37,761 nt of DNA from Thermoplasmata archaeon (GCA_030039715.1 JASHVA010000048.1:1-37761), one strand, 5' to 3'; counted from the stretch's first letter, positions 26,447 through 36,620 are shown. Numbers and translations are program-made. Notes: a model not told the origin generated them from the letters alone.

Positions 26447-26875
26447 CTAGACCGCTTCCACCCGTTTGAGGGTTCGGCCGATGCGGCACTCCGCGGGCTC
26501 GGCCTCGACGCGCTCGATGCGGAAGCGCTGTTTCGCTGGCACGTTCGGGCTCGCGCAGACCCACCAGTTCGGGCAATCCAGACGGCGGCACGGGTACCGG
26601 GCGACCTCGACCGAGCTCCCGACGACCGCGCTCCGCGAGTCGACGACGAGCGCGCGCGCGACCGGCTTCACCTCCACGACGTGGGCCTCGGACTCCTGGA
26701 GGGCACACGGGTGCGTGATCGGCCGGACCTTGGTGACGGCGTAGTTCCGCCCGACGTCGAGCGTGAGGCAGGCGTGCCGGTACGGGCACGTGCGGCAGAC
26801 CGGCGCCCCGCCCTGGTAGATGAACTCGTACCCCTCGCGAGCCTCGGAACTCGCGATCAGCGTGATCTCGGGCAT
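26447..26875 (-). CDS. UPF0179 family protein
   Basis: ITLI...EFIY...CRTCPYRHAC..LDVGRNY...HPCAL pattern; 1 nt downstream of egsA. Confidence 0.85.
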   Translation of the reverse strand: MPEITLIASSEAREGYEFIYQGGAPVCRTCPYRHACLTLDVGRNYAVTKVRPITHPCALQESEAHVVEVKPVARALVVDSRSAVVGSSVEVARYPCRRLDCPNWWVCASPNVPAKQRFRIERVEAEPAECRIGRTLKRVEAV

Positions 26876-26876
26876 G

Positions 26877-27986
26877 CTAGCCGATCACTCCCGTGTGCTG
26901 GGCGAGCCGCTCCGCGGCCTCCCGCGTCAGTCCGTTGTCGCCGAGGATGGTGTACCGCTCGGGTCGCAATGTGTGAGCGAGCACGAGCGCGTTGACGACC
27001 TCCTCGGGCGTGACGCCGAGCTCCGCGGCGGTCGTGGGCGCGCCGATCGAACGGAGCGTCGCTTGGAGCCGTTGCCAGTCGCCCCCGTGCAAGTACATCA
27101 TCATCACGGCGCCGACCCCGCACTGTTCTCCGTGCAGGCTCGGGCGGGCGGCGACCCGGTCGAGGGCGTGACTGAACAGATGCTCGCTGCCCGAGCACGG
27201 ACGGGAGGAGCCGGCCACGCTCATCGCGATCCCGGCCACGATCATCGGACGGATCGCGATCCAGACCGACTCCTCGAGCCCGGGCTTGATCGAACCGGCG
27301 TGGTCGATGATCTCGCGCGCCGCGTACTCGCTCAGCGTCGCGGCCGTGCTCGAGAACTCCTCGTTCTTCAGCCGAACCGCGAGGTGCCAATCCAGCACGG
27401 CGGTCACGTTCGAGATGACGTCGGCGCAGCCCGAGGCCAGCAGGCGGAACGGCGCGCGCACGATGACCTCCGTGTCGGCGATGATGCCGATCGGCACCGC
27501 GGCCTCGATGCTGTTCGTCCGCTCGCTGCCGTGCAGCGAGGCGCGCGGGGAGGAGATCCCGTCATGGGCGGCGGAGGTCGGCAGGCTGACGAACGGGATG
27601 CGGAGACGATGGGCCACGACCTTCGTGATGTCGATCTTGCTCCCCCCGCCGGCGGCGACGAGGAAGCGGGCCCCCACGGCCCGGACGGCGGTCTCGACCC
27701 GCGCGACCTCGGCGTCGGTCGCCTCGTTCGCGATGATCACGGGGGCGGTGAACCCCTCCTTCGTCAGGAGGTCCGCGGCCCGGTTCCCCGCGAGCTCCGC
27801 CGTGCGCGGGCCGGTGATCACCGCCCCGGTGTCGAGGAAGTCGAACTGTCGACAGGCGGCCGCGAGCTCCTGGATGACCCCGTGGCCCGCGAGCACGACC
27901 CGGGGGAAGACCATCCCTCGGGCCTTTCCGAACGGCGAGTCGGCGGCGAGGATCGGACCGCGGGAGGTCGGGTCGTGGCTCGCCAT
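26877..27986 (-). CDS. egsA: sn-glycerol-1-phosphate dehydrogenase
   Basis: GGGSKIDITK, PTSAAHDGISS, SSRPCSGSEHLFSHALD, LHGEQCG and RPERYTIL motifs. Confidence 0.97.
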   Translation of the reverse strand: MASHDPTSRGPILAADSPFGKARGMVFPRVVLAGHGVIQELAAACRQFDFLDTGAVITGPRTAELAGNRAADLLTKEGFTAPVIIANEATDAEVARVETAVRAVGARFLVAAGGGSKIDITKVVAHRLRIPFVSLPTSAAHDGISSPRASLHGSERTNSIEAAVPIGIIADTEVIVRAPFRLLASGCADVISNVTAVLDWHLAVRLKNEEFSSTAATLSEYAAREIIDHAGSIKPGLEESVWIAIRPMIVAGIAMSVAGSSRPCSGSEHLFSHALDRVAARPSLHGEQCGVGAVMMMYLHGGDWQRLQATLRSIGAPTTAAELGVTPEEVVNALVLAHTLRPERYTILGDNGLTREAAERLAQHTGVIG

Positions 27987-28060
27987 CGCTCGGAAGGCCG
28001 AACGAGGGAGCGACCCTCTTTAGGGTATCGCGGAGCGGCGCCCGCCGGACCGGGCCCGAG

Positions 28061-28702
28061 CTACCGTCCGGGGACGTCGCCCCAGAGCACCTTGTGCTCT
28101 TGGAGCATCAGCCGGACGTCGAGCCGGTCCTTCAGGACCCAGTCGGCGAGTCGCCCCGCGTCCGTCCCCCAGACCGGCTGGAACAGGAGCGTCGCGGGGC
28201 CCCGGTACCTTCGGACGACGCGCCGCGCGTAGAGGTAATCCTTCCGGTCCCCGATGACGAACTTCACGACATCCCGCTCGCGGAGCTTGGGGAGGTTCGA
28301 CCACCGGTTCTTCGCTTCCATCCTCGAGGACGGACACTTCACGTCCACGCTGAGCACGACCCGGGGCACCGCCAGGTACGGAGTCACGTCGAGCGACCCA
28401 CCCGTCTCGATCACGGTCGTGACGCCGCGCTCGGCGAGACGCTCGACGAGCGCCACCGACTCGCGCTGGAGGAGCGGCTCCCCGCCGGTCAGACACACGT
28501 TCCGAGTCCCGTTCCGTGCCACCTCCCGGAGCAAGGAGTCGATCGACCGCTCCTTGCCCGGACCGAACGAATACGTCGTGTCGCACCAGCTGCATCGCAG
28601 GTTGCAGCGGGCCGCGCGGATGAACGTCGTTCGGACCCCTGTGAGCGGCCCTTCACCCTGGATCGAATGGAACACCTCGATGATCCGCATCCGGGGAGCC
28701 AT
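28061..28702 (-). CDS. queE: 7-carboxy-7-deazaguanine synthase (radical SAM)
   Basis: EVFHSIQGEG, CNLRCSWCDT, TGGEPLLQ, DVKCPSS and QEHK motifs. Start at 28702 or 28690. Confidence 0.9.
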   Translation of the reverse strand: MAPRMRIIEVFHSIQGEGPLTGVRTTFIRAARCNLRCSWCDTTYSFGPGKERSIDSLLREVARNGTRNVCLTGGEPLLQRESVALVERLAERGVTTVIETGGSLDVTPYLAVPRVVLSVDVKCPSSRMEAKNRWSNLPKLRERDVVKFVIGDRKDYLYARRVVRRYRGPATLLFQPVWGTDAGRLADWVLKDRLDVRLMLQEHKVLWGDVPGR

Positions 28703-28799
28703 CCCCCGGGACGGGTAAAGCGGCTTTCGGTCGGCGCACCGGCCGGGCCGGACGCAGGAGCCGCAACTCTTCAATAACCGACCCCGCTCGAAGCGCCGG

Positions 28800-31694
28800 A
28801 TGGACCCCGAACGCGCGAAGCGCTGGCAGACGGCCTGGGCGCAGGCCGGCCTCTCCGTCGGTCGACGCGCGCCGGGGCGCGCGAAGTTCTACGCGCTCAT
28901 CGCCTACCCGGGTGCGAGCGGGTTCCTGCACGTCGGGCACCTGCGCTCGTACGCCTACGCGGACGCCCTCCACCGGTACCACCGCGCGCTCGGGGAGTCC
29001 GTGCTCTTTCCGTTCGGCCTGCACGCGTCGGGACTTCCGGCCGTGACGTGGGCTCGAAAGATCCGTGCGCGCGACCCGATCGTGGTGCGCACGCTCGAAG
29101 ACGCCGGCGTCCCGCCCGCGGTCTGGCCGGCGCTCGAGGAGCCCGAAGAGGCCGCACGATTCCTCGGCGACGAGTACCGCCGGCTCCTGCCGCAGCTCGG
29201 CGCGCTCGTCGACGATACGACCTACGTCACCACGATCGACGACGACTACCGCCGGTTCATCGGTTGGCAGATGCGCACGCTCGCCGCGGCGGGGGAGGTC
29301 GTGCAGGGGTCGTACTTCGCGTCGGTCTGCCCCGTCTGCGGCCCGGTCGCCGTGGACACGTCGGAGACCGACCTCGACAGCGGAGGCGATGCGGAGGTGG
29401 TGCGCTTCGTCCTCGTCCCGTTCGCGCTCGAGGACGGTCGGACCCTGCTCGCGGCCACCCTCCGGCCCGAGACCGTCTTCGGAGTCACCAACCTCTGGCT
29501 CGCCCCGGACGAGGAGCTCGCCGTCTGGCATCTCGGCAGCGCCGAATTTCTCGTGGCGAAGTCCGGCGCCGACCATCTCGTAGAGCAGCACGGAGGCCGC
29601 CTCGGGCACGCCGTCGCCGCATCGGAGCTCCTGGGTCGGTCGGTCCGGGTTCCCCTCGCCGACCGGTCGGTTCCGATCCTGTCGAGCGCGCTCGTCGACC
29701 CCGAGATCGGAACCGGCGTCGTGATGAGCGTGCCCGCCCACAGTCCGGCGGACGCCGCGGGACTGCGGGAGCTGCCCGCCGAGCAGCGCGCGGCCCTGGG
29801 CGCGCCGCCGGTACTGATCGAGATCTCGCGAGAGTCGGCGCTCACCGCGTCCGAGGAGGCCCTGGTGGACGGGGAAGGCACTCCCGCGGAGCGTGCCCTC
29901 GTGGCCACCGGTGTACGGTCCCTGGGCGACGTGAGGGCCCTGGAGGAGGCGACCGAGCGCCTCTACCGACTCGAGTTCGTCCGCGGCCGTCTCGTCGTCG
30001 GGCCGCTCGCCGGCCGGAGCGTGCGGGAGGCCCGCGAAGAGGTGGGGAAACGGCTTGCGGGTTCGGGCGGACCCGGGGAGCTGCAGGAGTTCTCGAAGCC
30101 GGTGATCTGTCGGAACGGGCACCGGGTCATCATCCGAAGAGTGCACGACCAGTGGTTCCTGCGGTACAGCGACCCGGAGTGGAAGGCCCGGACCCTGGCC
30201 GGCGTGGCGCGCCTCGCGACGTGGCCGCGGGAGTATGGTCGCGAGCTTCCCGGGATCGTCGAGTGGTTCGCGGACCGGCCCTGCGCGCGCAAGGGCCCGT
30301 GGCTCGGGACCCCGCTCCCCATGGACCCCGAGTGGGTCATCGAGCCGATCGCGGACTCCACGTTCTACATGGCCTACTACATCGTCCGCCGGTTCGTCCG
30401 CTCGGGCGCGCTCGCCCCGGTCCAGCTCACCGACGCGTTCTTCGATTACGTGTTCCGGGGCACCGGGCCGGGCGAACCGTCCGTGCCGCGCGCGCTCCTC
30501 GAGGAGGTCCGGCAGGAGTTCCTCTACTGGTACCCCCTCGACATCAACATGGGCGGACACGAGCACAAGAGCGTCCACTTCCCGGTCTTCCTCTACGCCC
30601 ATGCGCGGCTCCTCCCTCCCGAACTCGCTCCCCGCTCGATCTACGTGAACGGCTGGATCACCGGCCCGTCGGGTGGGAAGCTGTCCAAAAAGGAGGTCAC
30701 GCTCAAGGGGCTCATCCCGCCGATCCAGGGCGCGCTCGAGCGATGGGGTCCGGACGCGCTCCGCCTGTACTACGTCAGCGCCGCCTCCCCCTCGTCGGAC
30801 ATCGAGTGGAACTCGGGCCTCGTCGACGCCGCGCGGGAGCGGCTCGCCGAGATCGAACGATTGGTGCGGGAGAGCCGCGGCACCGGGAACGGGCCGCCGG
30901 AACTCGACGACTGGCTGCTGTCCCGGATGCACGGGATCGTCGCACGCGTGCGCGCCGGATTCGACGAGACCGACCTTCGCCCGGTGACCGAGGAAGTGTA
31001 CTTCGGCATCCCCGCGCTCTTGCGTCGGTACTACGCGCGCGGCGGCGCGGCCGGCGACGCCACCGACCGGGTCGGGCGGGCGTGGACGATCCTCCTTTCG
31101 CCGATCACCCCGCACGTCGCCGAGGAGGTCGGCGAGGGGAGGTTCCCGACCCTCGTGGCCCAACTCCCGTTCCCCTCCGCCGACGAGTTCCGGCCCGCCC
31201 CCGACGCCGAGGCCCGGGAGGCGTACCTCGACCGCGTCGAGGAGGACCTGCGGGCCGTGCTCCGGCCGGCTCAGGAGCGGCACGAACCGACCCCGACCGA
31301 GGCGATCTTCTACCTCGCCGAGCCGTGGAAGGCGCTCGTCGAAGCGTGGATGCGGGAATCGATCTCGGCCGGCGAGACTCCGACCGTTCGCGCGGTGATG
31401 CAGCGCGCCGAGGGCCATCCGGAGCTCGCCGCCTTCCGTCGCGAGATCCCGCGGTACGTGGAACGGGTGGCGCCGCTCCTCCGCTCGGAGCGACCGGACC
31501 CCGGCCCTCCCGTCGATGAGGCGGCGACCCTGCGATCGGCCGAGGGGTACCTCTCGCGTCGCCTCGGCTTCGGCTCCCTTCGCGTCCTACGCGAGAGCGA
31601 GGCGGCCCACGACGACCCCCGAAACCGGCGGGAGCGGTCCCGTCCGGGCCGGCCGGCCTTCTACCTCATCCGCCCGTCGGACGCGGCGGCCTAG
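28800..31694 (+). CDS. leuS: Leucine--tRNA ligase (archaeal type, divergent)
   Basis: HVGH, CP1 editing motifs TLRPET and GTGVVMSVPAHSPAD, EPIADSTFYMAYY, EFLYWYPLD, KLSKK and C-terminal PGRPAF. Confidence 0.93.
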   Translation: MDPERAKRWQTAWAQAGLSVGRRAPGRAKFYALIAYPGASGFLHVGHLRSYAYADALHRYHRALGESVLFPFGLHASGLPAVTWARKIRARDPIVVRTLEDAGVPPAVWPALEEPEEAARFLGDEYRRLLPQLGALVDDTTYVTTIDDDYRRFIGWQMRTLAAAGEVVQGSYFASVCPVCGPVAVDTSETDLDSGGDAEVVRFVLVPFALEDGRTLLAATLRPETVFGVTNLWLAPDEELAVWHLGSAEFLVAKSGADHLVEQHGGRLGHAVAASELLGRSVRVPLADRSVPILSSALVDPEIGTGVVMSVPAHSPADAAGLRELPAEQRAALGAPPVLIEISRESALTASEEALVDGEGTPAERALVATGVRSLGDVRALEEATERLYRLEFVRGRLVVGPLAGRSVREAREEVGKRLAGSGGPGELQEFSKPVICRNGHRVIIRRVHDQWFLRYSDPEWKARTLAGVARLATWPREYGRELPGIVEWFADRPCARKGPWLGTPLPMDPEWVIEPIADSTFYMAYYIVRRFVRSGALAPVQLTDAFFDYVFRGTGPGEPSVPRALLEEVRQEFLYWYPLDINMGGHEHKSVHFPVFLYAHARLLPPELAPRSIYVNGWITGPSGGKLSKKEVTLKGLIPPIQGALERWGPDALRLYYVSAASPSSDIEWNSGLVDAARERLAEIERLVRESRGTGNGPPELDDWLLSRMHGIVARVRAGFDETDLRPVTEEVYFGIPALLRRYYARGGAAGDATDRVGRAWTILLSPITPHVAEEVGEGRFPTLVAQLPFPSADEFRPAPDAEAREAYLDRVEEDLRAVLRPAQERHEPTPTEAIFYLAEPWKALVEAWMRESISAGETPTVRAVMQRAEGHPELAAFRREIPRYVERVAPLLRSERPDPGPPVDEAATLRSAEGYLSRRLGFGSLRVLRESEAAHDDPRNRRERSRPGRPAFYLIRPSDAAA

Positions 31695-32257
31695 CGCGAA
31701 CTCCGTCGTGCGGCGCGTCGCTTCGGGAAATTGAGGTACATCCGGGACGGCGTCGGATGCGCCGACACGCGCCGGTACTTGGCGCTCGATTTGGCCGAGT
31801 AACTGCGCGCGACCGCTCCCGAGATCTCGAAGTAGATCAGCTGACCGACCGGCATCCCGGCGTAGATGCGGACCGGGAGCTTCACGCTCATCTCGAGCGT
31901 CCAGTAGTTGCAGAACCCCTCGTCCCCCTTGCCCGCCGTCGAGTGGATGTCGATCCCGAGGCGGCCGACGCTCGACTTCCCCTCGAGGAACGGAACGTAG
32001 CCGTGGGTCTCCGTGTACTCCTCGGTCACTCCGAGATACAGCTGACCGGGCACGAGCACGTACCCGTCCTTGGGGATCCGGAACTCCCGCACGGGGTTCG
32101 CCGCGCGCGCATCGAGCGCGCCGTCGCGGTAGATCGCGAGGTACGGGCCGAGATGGACGTCGTAGGAGTTGGTGCCGAGACAGTCCGGGCGGAACGGACG
32201 GATCACGATCCGGCCGCGTCGCATCTCGTCGCGGATCTTCGTGTCCGAGAGGATCAT
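31691..32257 (-). CDS. dcd: dCTP deaminase
   Basis: MILSD, NSYDVHL, EGKSSVGRLG, TAGKGD.GF and TLEM motifs. Confidence 0.94.
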   Translation of the reverse strand: MILSDTKIRDEMRRGRIVIRPFRPDCLGTNSYDVHLGPYLAIYRDGALDARAANPVREFRIPKDGYVLVPGQLYLGVTEEYTETHGYVPFLEGKSSVGRLGIDIHSTAGKGDEGFCNYWTLEMSVKLPVRIYAGMPVGQLIYFEISGAVARSYSAKSSAKYRRVSAHPTPSRMYLNFPKRRAARRSSR

Positions 32258-32286
32258 GCCCGGCCGGCGGCGCCGAGCCGGCCCCC

Positions 32287-33153
32287 TTATTTAACGGGCG
32301 GCGCGGGCGAGGACGGTGCGTCGATCGCGATCGCCGCGTATCCGACGACGTCGCGCATCGGCTCGGCCTCACCCGAGTGACCCCAGCGGAGCAGTCGCGC
32401 GGTCAGTCGCTCCTCCTCGAGAGCGCAGAGGAGCGCCGTCGTGGGCGCGACCCCGCACATCGAGATCTCGTTCTCGACGACGGTGTCGTAGAGGCGGCGG
32501 GCGTCGCCCGCCAGGATCGCTTCGATCGCCATTCGGTCGAGTCGCTCGGCGGTCGCCGACGGTACGTAGTGCGAGAAATCGGTGGAGGCGAGGAGCAGCA
32601 CGTCGCGGTCCTTCGTCGCCTCGTGCACGACCCGTCCGACGTCGCGCAGGAACTCGAAGCGGCCGAAGCGCACTTGGAGCGCGACGAACCGTGGCCGCGG
32701 CAGCACGTACTGCAGGAACGGCAGCTGCACCTCGATGGAGTGCTCGGCGGACTGGGCCTTCTCGTCGATCTCGAGGGGCGAGCGCGCGAGCGCGCGGACG
32801 AGTTCGTGGTCGACCTCCACCGGCCCGAGGGGCGTGAGCCAGGCCCGGTCCGAGAGCGCGGCCCCCCCGAGCCCGTGATGGTCCACGCCGAGCACGAGGA
32901 CCGTCTCGGGGGCGCGCTCCGCCGCGACCCGTGCGTAGACGTGGGCCGCGATCGGACCGGAGTACGGATAGCCGGCGTGCGGGACCACGGCCGCCCGGAG
33001 CGACCGCTGCGACAGACGGTGGCGCGGAGGGAGCTCCCCCGGCCCGCGGCGATCCCGGAAGCACGACTCGACCTGGCGGGCGAGCTCGGCACCGGTGCCG
33101 GCGTAGAACTGTCCCGCCACCGCGGGCGGCCGGGGAGCGCTCGCCAACGGCAC
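32287..33153 (-). CDS. MEMO1 family protein (AmmeMemoRadiSam protein B)
   Basis: RPPAVAGQFY, PHAGYPYSG, EHSIEVQLPFLQ, STDFSHY, SMCG and VVGYA motifs. Confidence 0.93.
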   Translation of the reverse strand: MPLASAPRPPAVAGQFYAGTGAELARQVESCFRDRRGPGELPPRHRLSQRSLRAAVVPHAGYPYSGPIAAHVYARVAAERAPETVLVLGVDHHGLGGAALSDRAWLTPLGPVEVDHELVRALARSPLEIDEKAQSAEHSIEVQLPFLQYVLPRPRFVALQVRFGRFEFLRDVGRVVHEATKDRDVLLLASTDFSHYVPSATAERLDRMAIEAILAGDARRLYDTVVENEISMCGVAPTTALLCALEEERLTARLLRWGHSGEAEPMRDVVGYAAIAIDAPSSPAPPVK

Positions 33154-33154
33154 C

Positions 33155-33577
33155 TCACCGGGCGGAGAGCTCCGCGACGACGTTCCCCGCCTCGTCGTCG
33201 CCGAGCCGCTTGCGGCCGGTCGAGCGGAACGGGTTCGACTCCCCGTACCGGGGGATGAGGTGGAAGTGGAGGTGGAAGACGATCTGCCCGGCGGTCGCGC
33301 CCGCGTTGAGACCCACGTTGTAGTCGGGCGCGAGCCGCTCGGCGCGGCGGCACATCGTCTCGAGCGTGCGGAGGACGGCGGCGAGCTCCTCGGGAGCGTA
33401 ATCCGTGAGCCGCGCCCCGTGCCGCTTGGGGATGACGAGGGTGTGCCCGCGCGTGAGCGGGAAAAGGTCGAGAAACGCGACGGTCTGCTCGTCCTCGTAG
33501 ACCTTGTAGGCCGGCGCCCGACCGGCCACGATGTCGCAGAAGATGCACTTCTCGGCGGGGGCGGGGCCCGGGGTCAT
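33155..33577 (-). CDS. HIT family nucleotide hydrolase
   Basis: CIFCDI, GHTLVIPK and AGQIVFHLHFHLIPR motifs; TTTATT ~25 nt upstream of ATG 33577. Confidence 0.93.
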   Translation of the reverse strand: MTPGPAPAEKCIFCDIVAGRAPAYKVYEDEQTVAFLDLFPLTRGHTLVIPKRHGARLTDYAPEELAAVLRTLETMCRRAERLAPDYNVGLNAGATAGQIVFHLHFHLIPRYGESNPFRSTGRKRLGDDEAGNVVAELSAR

Positions 33578-33668
33578 TTTTTCCCCGACCGCCCCACCGA
33601 ATAAAGGGGTGCGGTAGTGGCGCAGGGGTGAGTCGCCCTCATTAGGAGTGCGTGGTCTTCCCGGGGTA

Positions 33669-35987
33669 ATGCGCTCCACTGTCGCGGCGCTCGCGATGGT
33701 GGCCGCGGCGCTCGTCGTAGGGTCTTCCCTCGTTGCGGGCGGGGCCGCGGCCGCCCCCGCGGCCCGGGGACTGCCCCCGGTCGGGCTGGTGACCGACGCG
33801 GTACCGCTCCCGGTCGGTGCGGTCGCGGATCCGGTCCCTTCGGCGACCGAGCTCGAGATCTCGCTCACGCTCGCGTATCCCGACCCCGGCGGGCTGGAGT
33901 GGTACCTTTCCCAGGTCGAGAACCCGTCCTCGGTCCTCTATCGCGCGTACCTCACCCATTCCGAGTTCGAATCGACGTTCGCCCCGTCCTCCGACGCCGT
34001 GGGCACGGTCGTGCGGACCCTCGAAGGCGCGGGCGCGAGCGGAGTCACGGTCGCGCCGGACCGGCTCTCGGTCGTCGCGCGCCTATCCGCCGCGGGGGTC
34101 GATTCCCTCTTCGGGGTCCGCCTCGTCTACTACGCCACCGAGGACGGCGCCCGTCTGTACACGGCGCTCGGTCGGGTGACGATCCCGTCGCCGCTCGACG
34201 GGCTCGTCGCCGGGGTCTCGGGGCTCTCGAATTCCGCGGACCTGCGGCTCTCCCTCGACCTCGACGTCGGGGCCCTCACGAAGGTCGTGCCGCGTTCCGC
34301 GGGCGACGAGTTCTCCTACAACAATTCGACGGCGACCCAGTGGTTCGTCGGCTCGGACTTCACGCAGGCATTCCACGCGGACCAGCTGTTCCCCGGTAAC
34401 GGCAGCATGATCAATCCGATCAACGCGACGTACCCCACCGACGTCGCGATCGCCACGCTGCTCGCGAGCGGCTACAACCAGACCACGGGCAACAACACCC
34501 CGCCCTGGGACCCGGTCGTCGTGCGGACGTACCTCAACGACACGCTGCTCAACTCGAGTTCGCTCGACCGCTGGCCGATCTCGAACCTCACGGGCGTCCC
34601 GGTGAACATCTCGGGGGTGACGCCCCCGCTGCCGGGCTCCTTCGGCGACGTGAACGATAGCTCGCTCGACGAGTTCGAGAACTCGCTCGACCTCGAAATG
34701 GCCGGGAGCCTTGCCCCCGGGGCGCCGCTCTACAACTTCTACTTCGCCGGCAGTCTCCTCACGAGCGCCGTCAGCGACGCGGACGTCGCGTCGTTCTTCG
34801 ACCAGGACCTCGCGGCGGCGCTCTCCTACAACTACTCGCCCGCGCACCTCGGGGTCGTCTCGGCCTCCTTCGGGATCACCGACCTCAACGACTCGACGTG
34901 GAACGAGGAGCTCGAGGAGGCCGCCGTCACCGGCGTCACGGTCGTCGCGGCGAGCGGAGATCAGGGGAACGCCCCGAACAGTCTCACGGGCCGCGACAAC
35001 GGCCAGTGGCTCGTCTGGCCGGCGTCGGTCGCGTTCAACACCTCCGGCGTGCTGTCGGTCGGCGGCACCTCCTTCGAACTGTCCGGCACGCCGGTCGGCT
35101 GGGTGAACGCGACCTCGGTCTCCGTCGGCTACGACCCTTCGATCGGCAACCTCACGGACGTGAGCGCCTGGTGGAACACGCTCGGTGGGAAGGGCGATTA
35201 CACGGGGACCGAGGGAGGGGTGAGCGTCGTCTATCCCGAACCGAGCTGGCAGTTCGGCTCCGCCGCCCAGCCGAACATCGTCAACGCCACGATCAAGCAA
35301 GGAGCCGGAGCGCTCGGGCGCGCCGGGCCGGACGTCGCCTTCCCCGGCAACTCCACGATCGCCTTCGTGGAGGCGGACCAGTTCGGGAACATCTACGCGA
35401 GCCTCCTCCAGGGGACGAGCATCGCCTCCCCCGCGTTCGCCGGCCTCCTCGCGGACGTGATCGCCGCGGCGAACCATCGGTTCGGCTTCGTAGCCCCCGA
35501 GCTCTACCGCATCGCGAGCTACTTCGCGGCCCACCCGGGCGGGACGAACCCGTTCTACGACGTGACGAACGGCTCGAACTACGTCTTCTCGGCCGTCCCG
35601 GGCTGGGACGCCACCACCGGTTGGGGGATGCCGATCGGGCCGCTCCTCTACGCGGCGGACGCGACGCCGGCGATCCGCAACTACGTCTACACCGGTCCCA
35701 CACCGGGCCTCCCGACGAGCGCCCCGCCGCCCGCGGTGCCCTGGACCGAGATCTACATCATCTTCGGAGTGGGCGCGGTTGTGGCGATCGCGCTCGTCGT
35801 GATCATGGCCCGTCCCCAGCGCGGCGGAGGGCCGCCCCCTCCGCCGCCCCCGTACGCGGCCATGCCGCCTCCGCCGCCGGGCGCCTTCCCGACCGCGACG
35901 TACAACGGCCCGACGTTCCTCTGTCCGTACTGCGGGGCGATCCGACCGGCCGAGCCGGTGCGCTGTCCGCGCTGCGGCGCGCTCTGA
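33669..35987 (+). CDS. Membrane-anchored S53 (sedolisin/kumamolisin) peptidase with prodomain, C-terminal TM helix and zinc ribbon
   Basis: Signal peptide, activation prodomain, ENSLD (Glu/Asp), ASGDQG, GTSIASP (Ser) and GWDATTGWG; then a TM helix, poly-Pro and CPYC...CPRC. Confidence 0.9.
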   Translation: MRSTVAALAMVAAALVVGSSLVAGGAAAAPAARGLPPVGLVTDAVPLPVGAVADPVPSATELEISLTLAYPDPGGLEWYLSQVENPSSVLYRAYLTHSEFESTFAPSSDAVGTVVRTLEGAGASGVTVAPDRLSVVARLSAAGVDSLFGVRLVYYATEDGARLYTALGRVTIPSPLDGLVAGVSGLSNSADLRLSLDLDVGALTKVVPRSAGDEFSYNNSTATQWFVGSDFTQAFHADQLFPGNGSMINPINATYPTDVAIATLLASGYNQTTGNNTPPWDPVVVRTYLNDTLLNSSSLDRWPISNLTGVPVNISGVTPPLPGSFGDVNDSSLDEFENSLDLEMAGSLAPGAPLYNFYFAGSLLTSAVSDADVASFFDQDLAAALSYNYSPAHLGVVSASFGITDLNDSTWNEELEEAAVTGVTVVAASGDQGNAPNSLTGRDNGQWLVWPASVAFNTSGVLSVGGTSFELSGTPVGWVNATSVSVGYDPSIGNLTDVSAWWNTLGGKGDYTGTEGGVSVVYPEPSWQFGSAAQPNIVNATIKQGAGALGRAGPDVAFPGNSTIAFVEADQFGNIYASLLQGTSIASPAFAGLLADVIAAANHRFGFVAPELYRIASYFAAHPGGTNPFYDVTNGSNYVFSAVPGWDATTGWGMPIGPLLYAADATPAIRNYVYTGPTPGLPTSAPPPAVPWTEIYIIFGVGAVVAIALVVIMARPQRGGGPPPPPPPYAAMPPPPPGAFPTATYNGPTFLCPYCGAIRPAEPVRCPRCGAL

Positions 35988-35990
35988 CGC

Positions 35991-36620
35991 TCAGCCGGCC
36001 GCGGGCGGCTCGACCGCGGGGGTCGGGGCGGCTTCGGCCGGCGCCGGCCCGGGAGGCTCGGGCGCGTCGACCGCGGCGGCGGCGGGCGTGGCTCCCGAGG
36101 GGGGCGGGACGCCGAGCTTCTGCTCGAGGTACCGTCGGATCTCCTCGGGCTTCGTCGACCCGATGCCGAAGTACTCCGCGAACCGCCGGGTCGTCGTGAG
36201 CTCGAGCGTGGCCCCCTTCGGCTCGGTGCGGACGAGCCCGACCGTGCGCAGGTGCTGGACCTCCTCGTAGGCGACGTCGCCGATCATGCGGACGAGATGG
36301 CTTTGGAGGAGCGGCTGATGGTACGCGACGAGCGTGAGCGCTTTCACCGTGCGCGGGGCGAGCTCCACCGGCGTCACCGAGTGGACCGTCGGCACGTAGC
36401 GCTCTTCGAGCTGGAGCGCGTACCGGTCGCCGACCCGTCGGACCTCGAGCGCCGATTGGCGGTTGCCGTACGTCTTCTCGAGCGTGCGCACCGCGCTCTG
36501 GACCGGCCGGTAGTCGGTCTGGCCGAGCGCGTCGGAGATCTCCTTCACGCTGAGCGGCTTACCGGCGGCGAACAGGACGGCCTCGACCTGGAAGACCAGG
36601 TCATCGAGTTTCGACGGCAT
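35991..36620 (-). CDS. scpB: SMC-Scp complex subunit ScpB
   Basis: VEAVLFAAGKPLS, LTLVAYHQP and TTRRFAEYFG motifs. Confidence 0.93.
   Translation of the reverse strand: MPSKLDDLVFQVEAVLFAAGKPLSVKEISDALGQTDYRPVQSAVRTLEKTYGNRQSALEVRRVGDRYALQLEERYVPTVHSVTPVELAPRTVKALTLVAYHQPLLQSHLVRMIGDVAYEEVQHLRTVGLVRTEPKGATLELTTTRRFAEYFGIGSTKPEEIRRYLEQKLGVPPPSGATPAAAAVDAPEPPGPAPAEAAPTPAVEPPAAG

Noticed and set aside
28061-28702. queE as part of a 7-deazaguanine DNA-modification (dpd) defence system
   Set aside because: No dpdA, queC, queD or folE neighbours; in archaea QueE is explained by archaeosine (preQ0) synthesis.
32287-33577. HIT-MEMO1-dcd as a complete AmmeMemoRadiSam system or a novel nucleotide pathway
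   Set aside because: No AMMECR1 or cognate radical SAM gene is in the window, dcd seems to have its own TATA box, and adjacency alone is insufficient.
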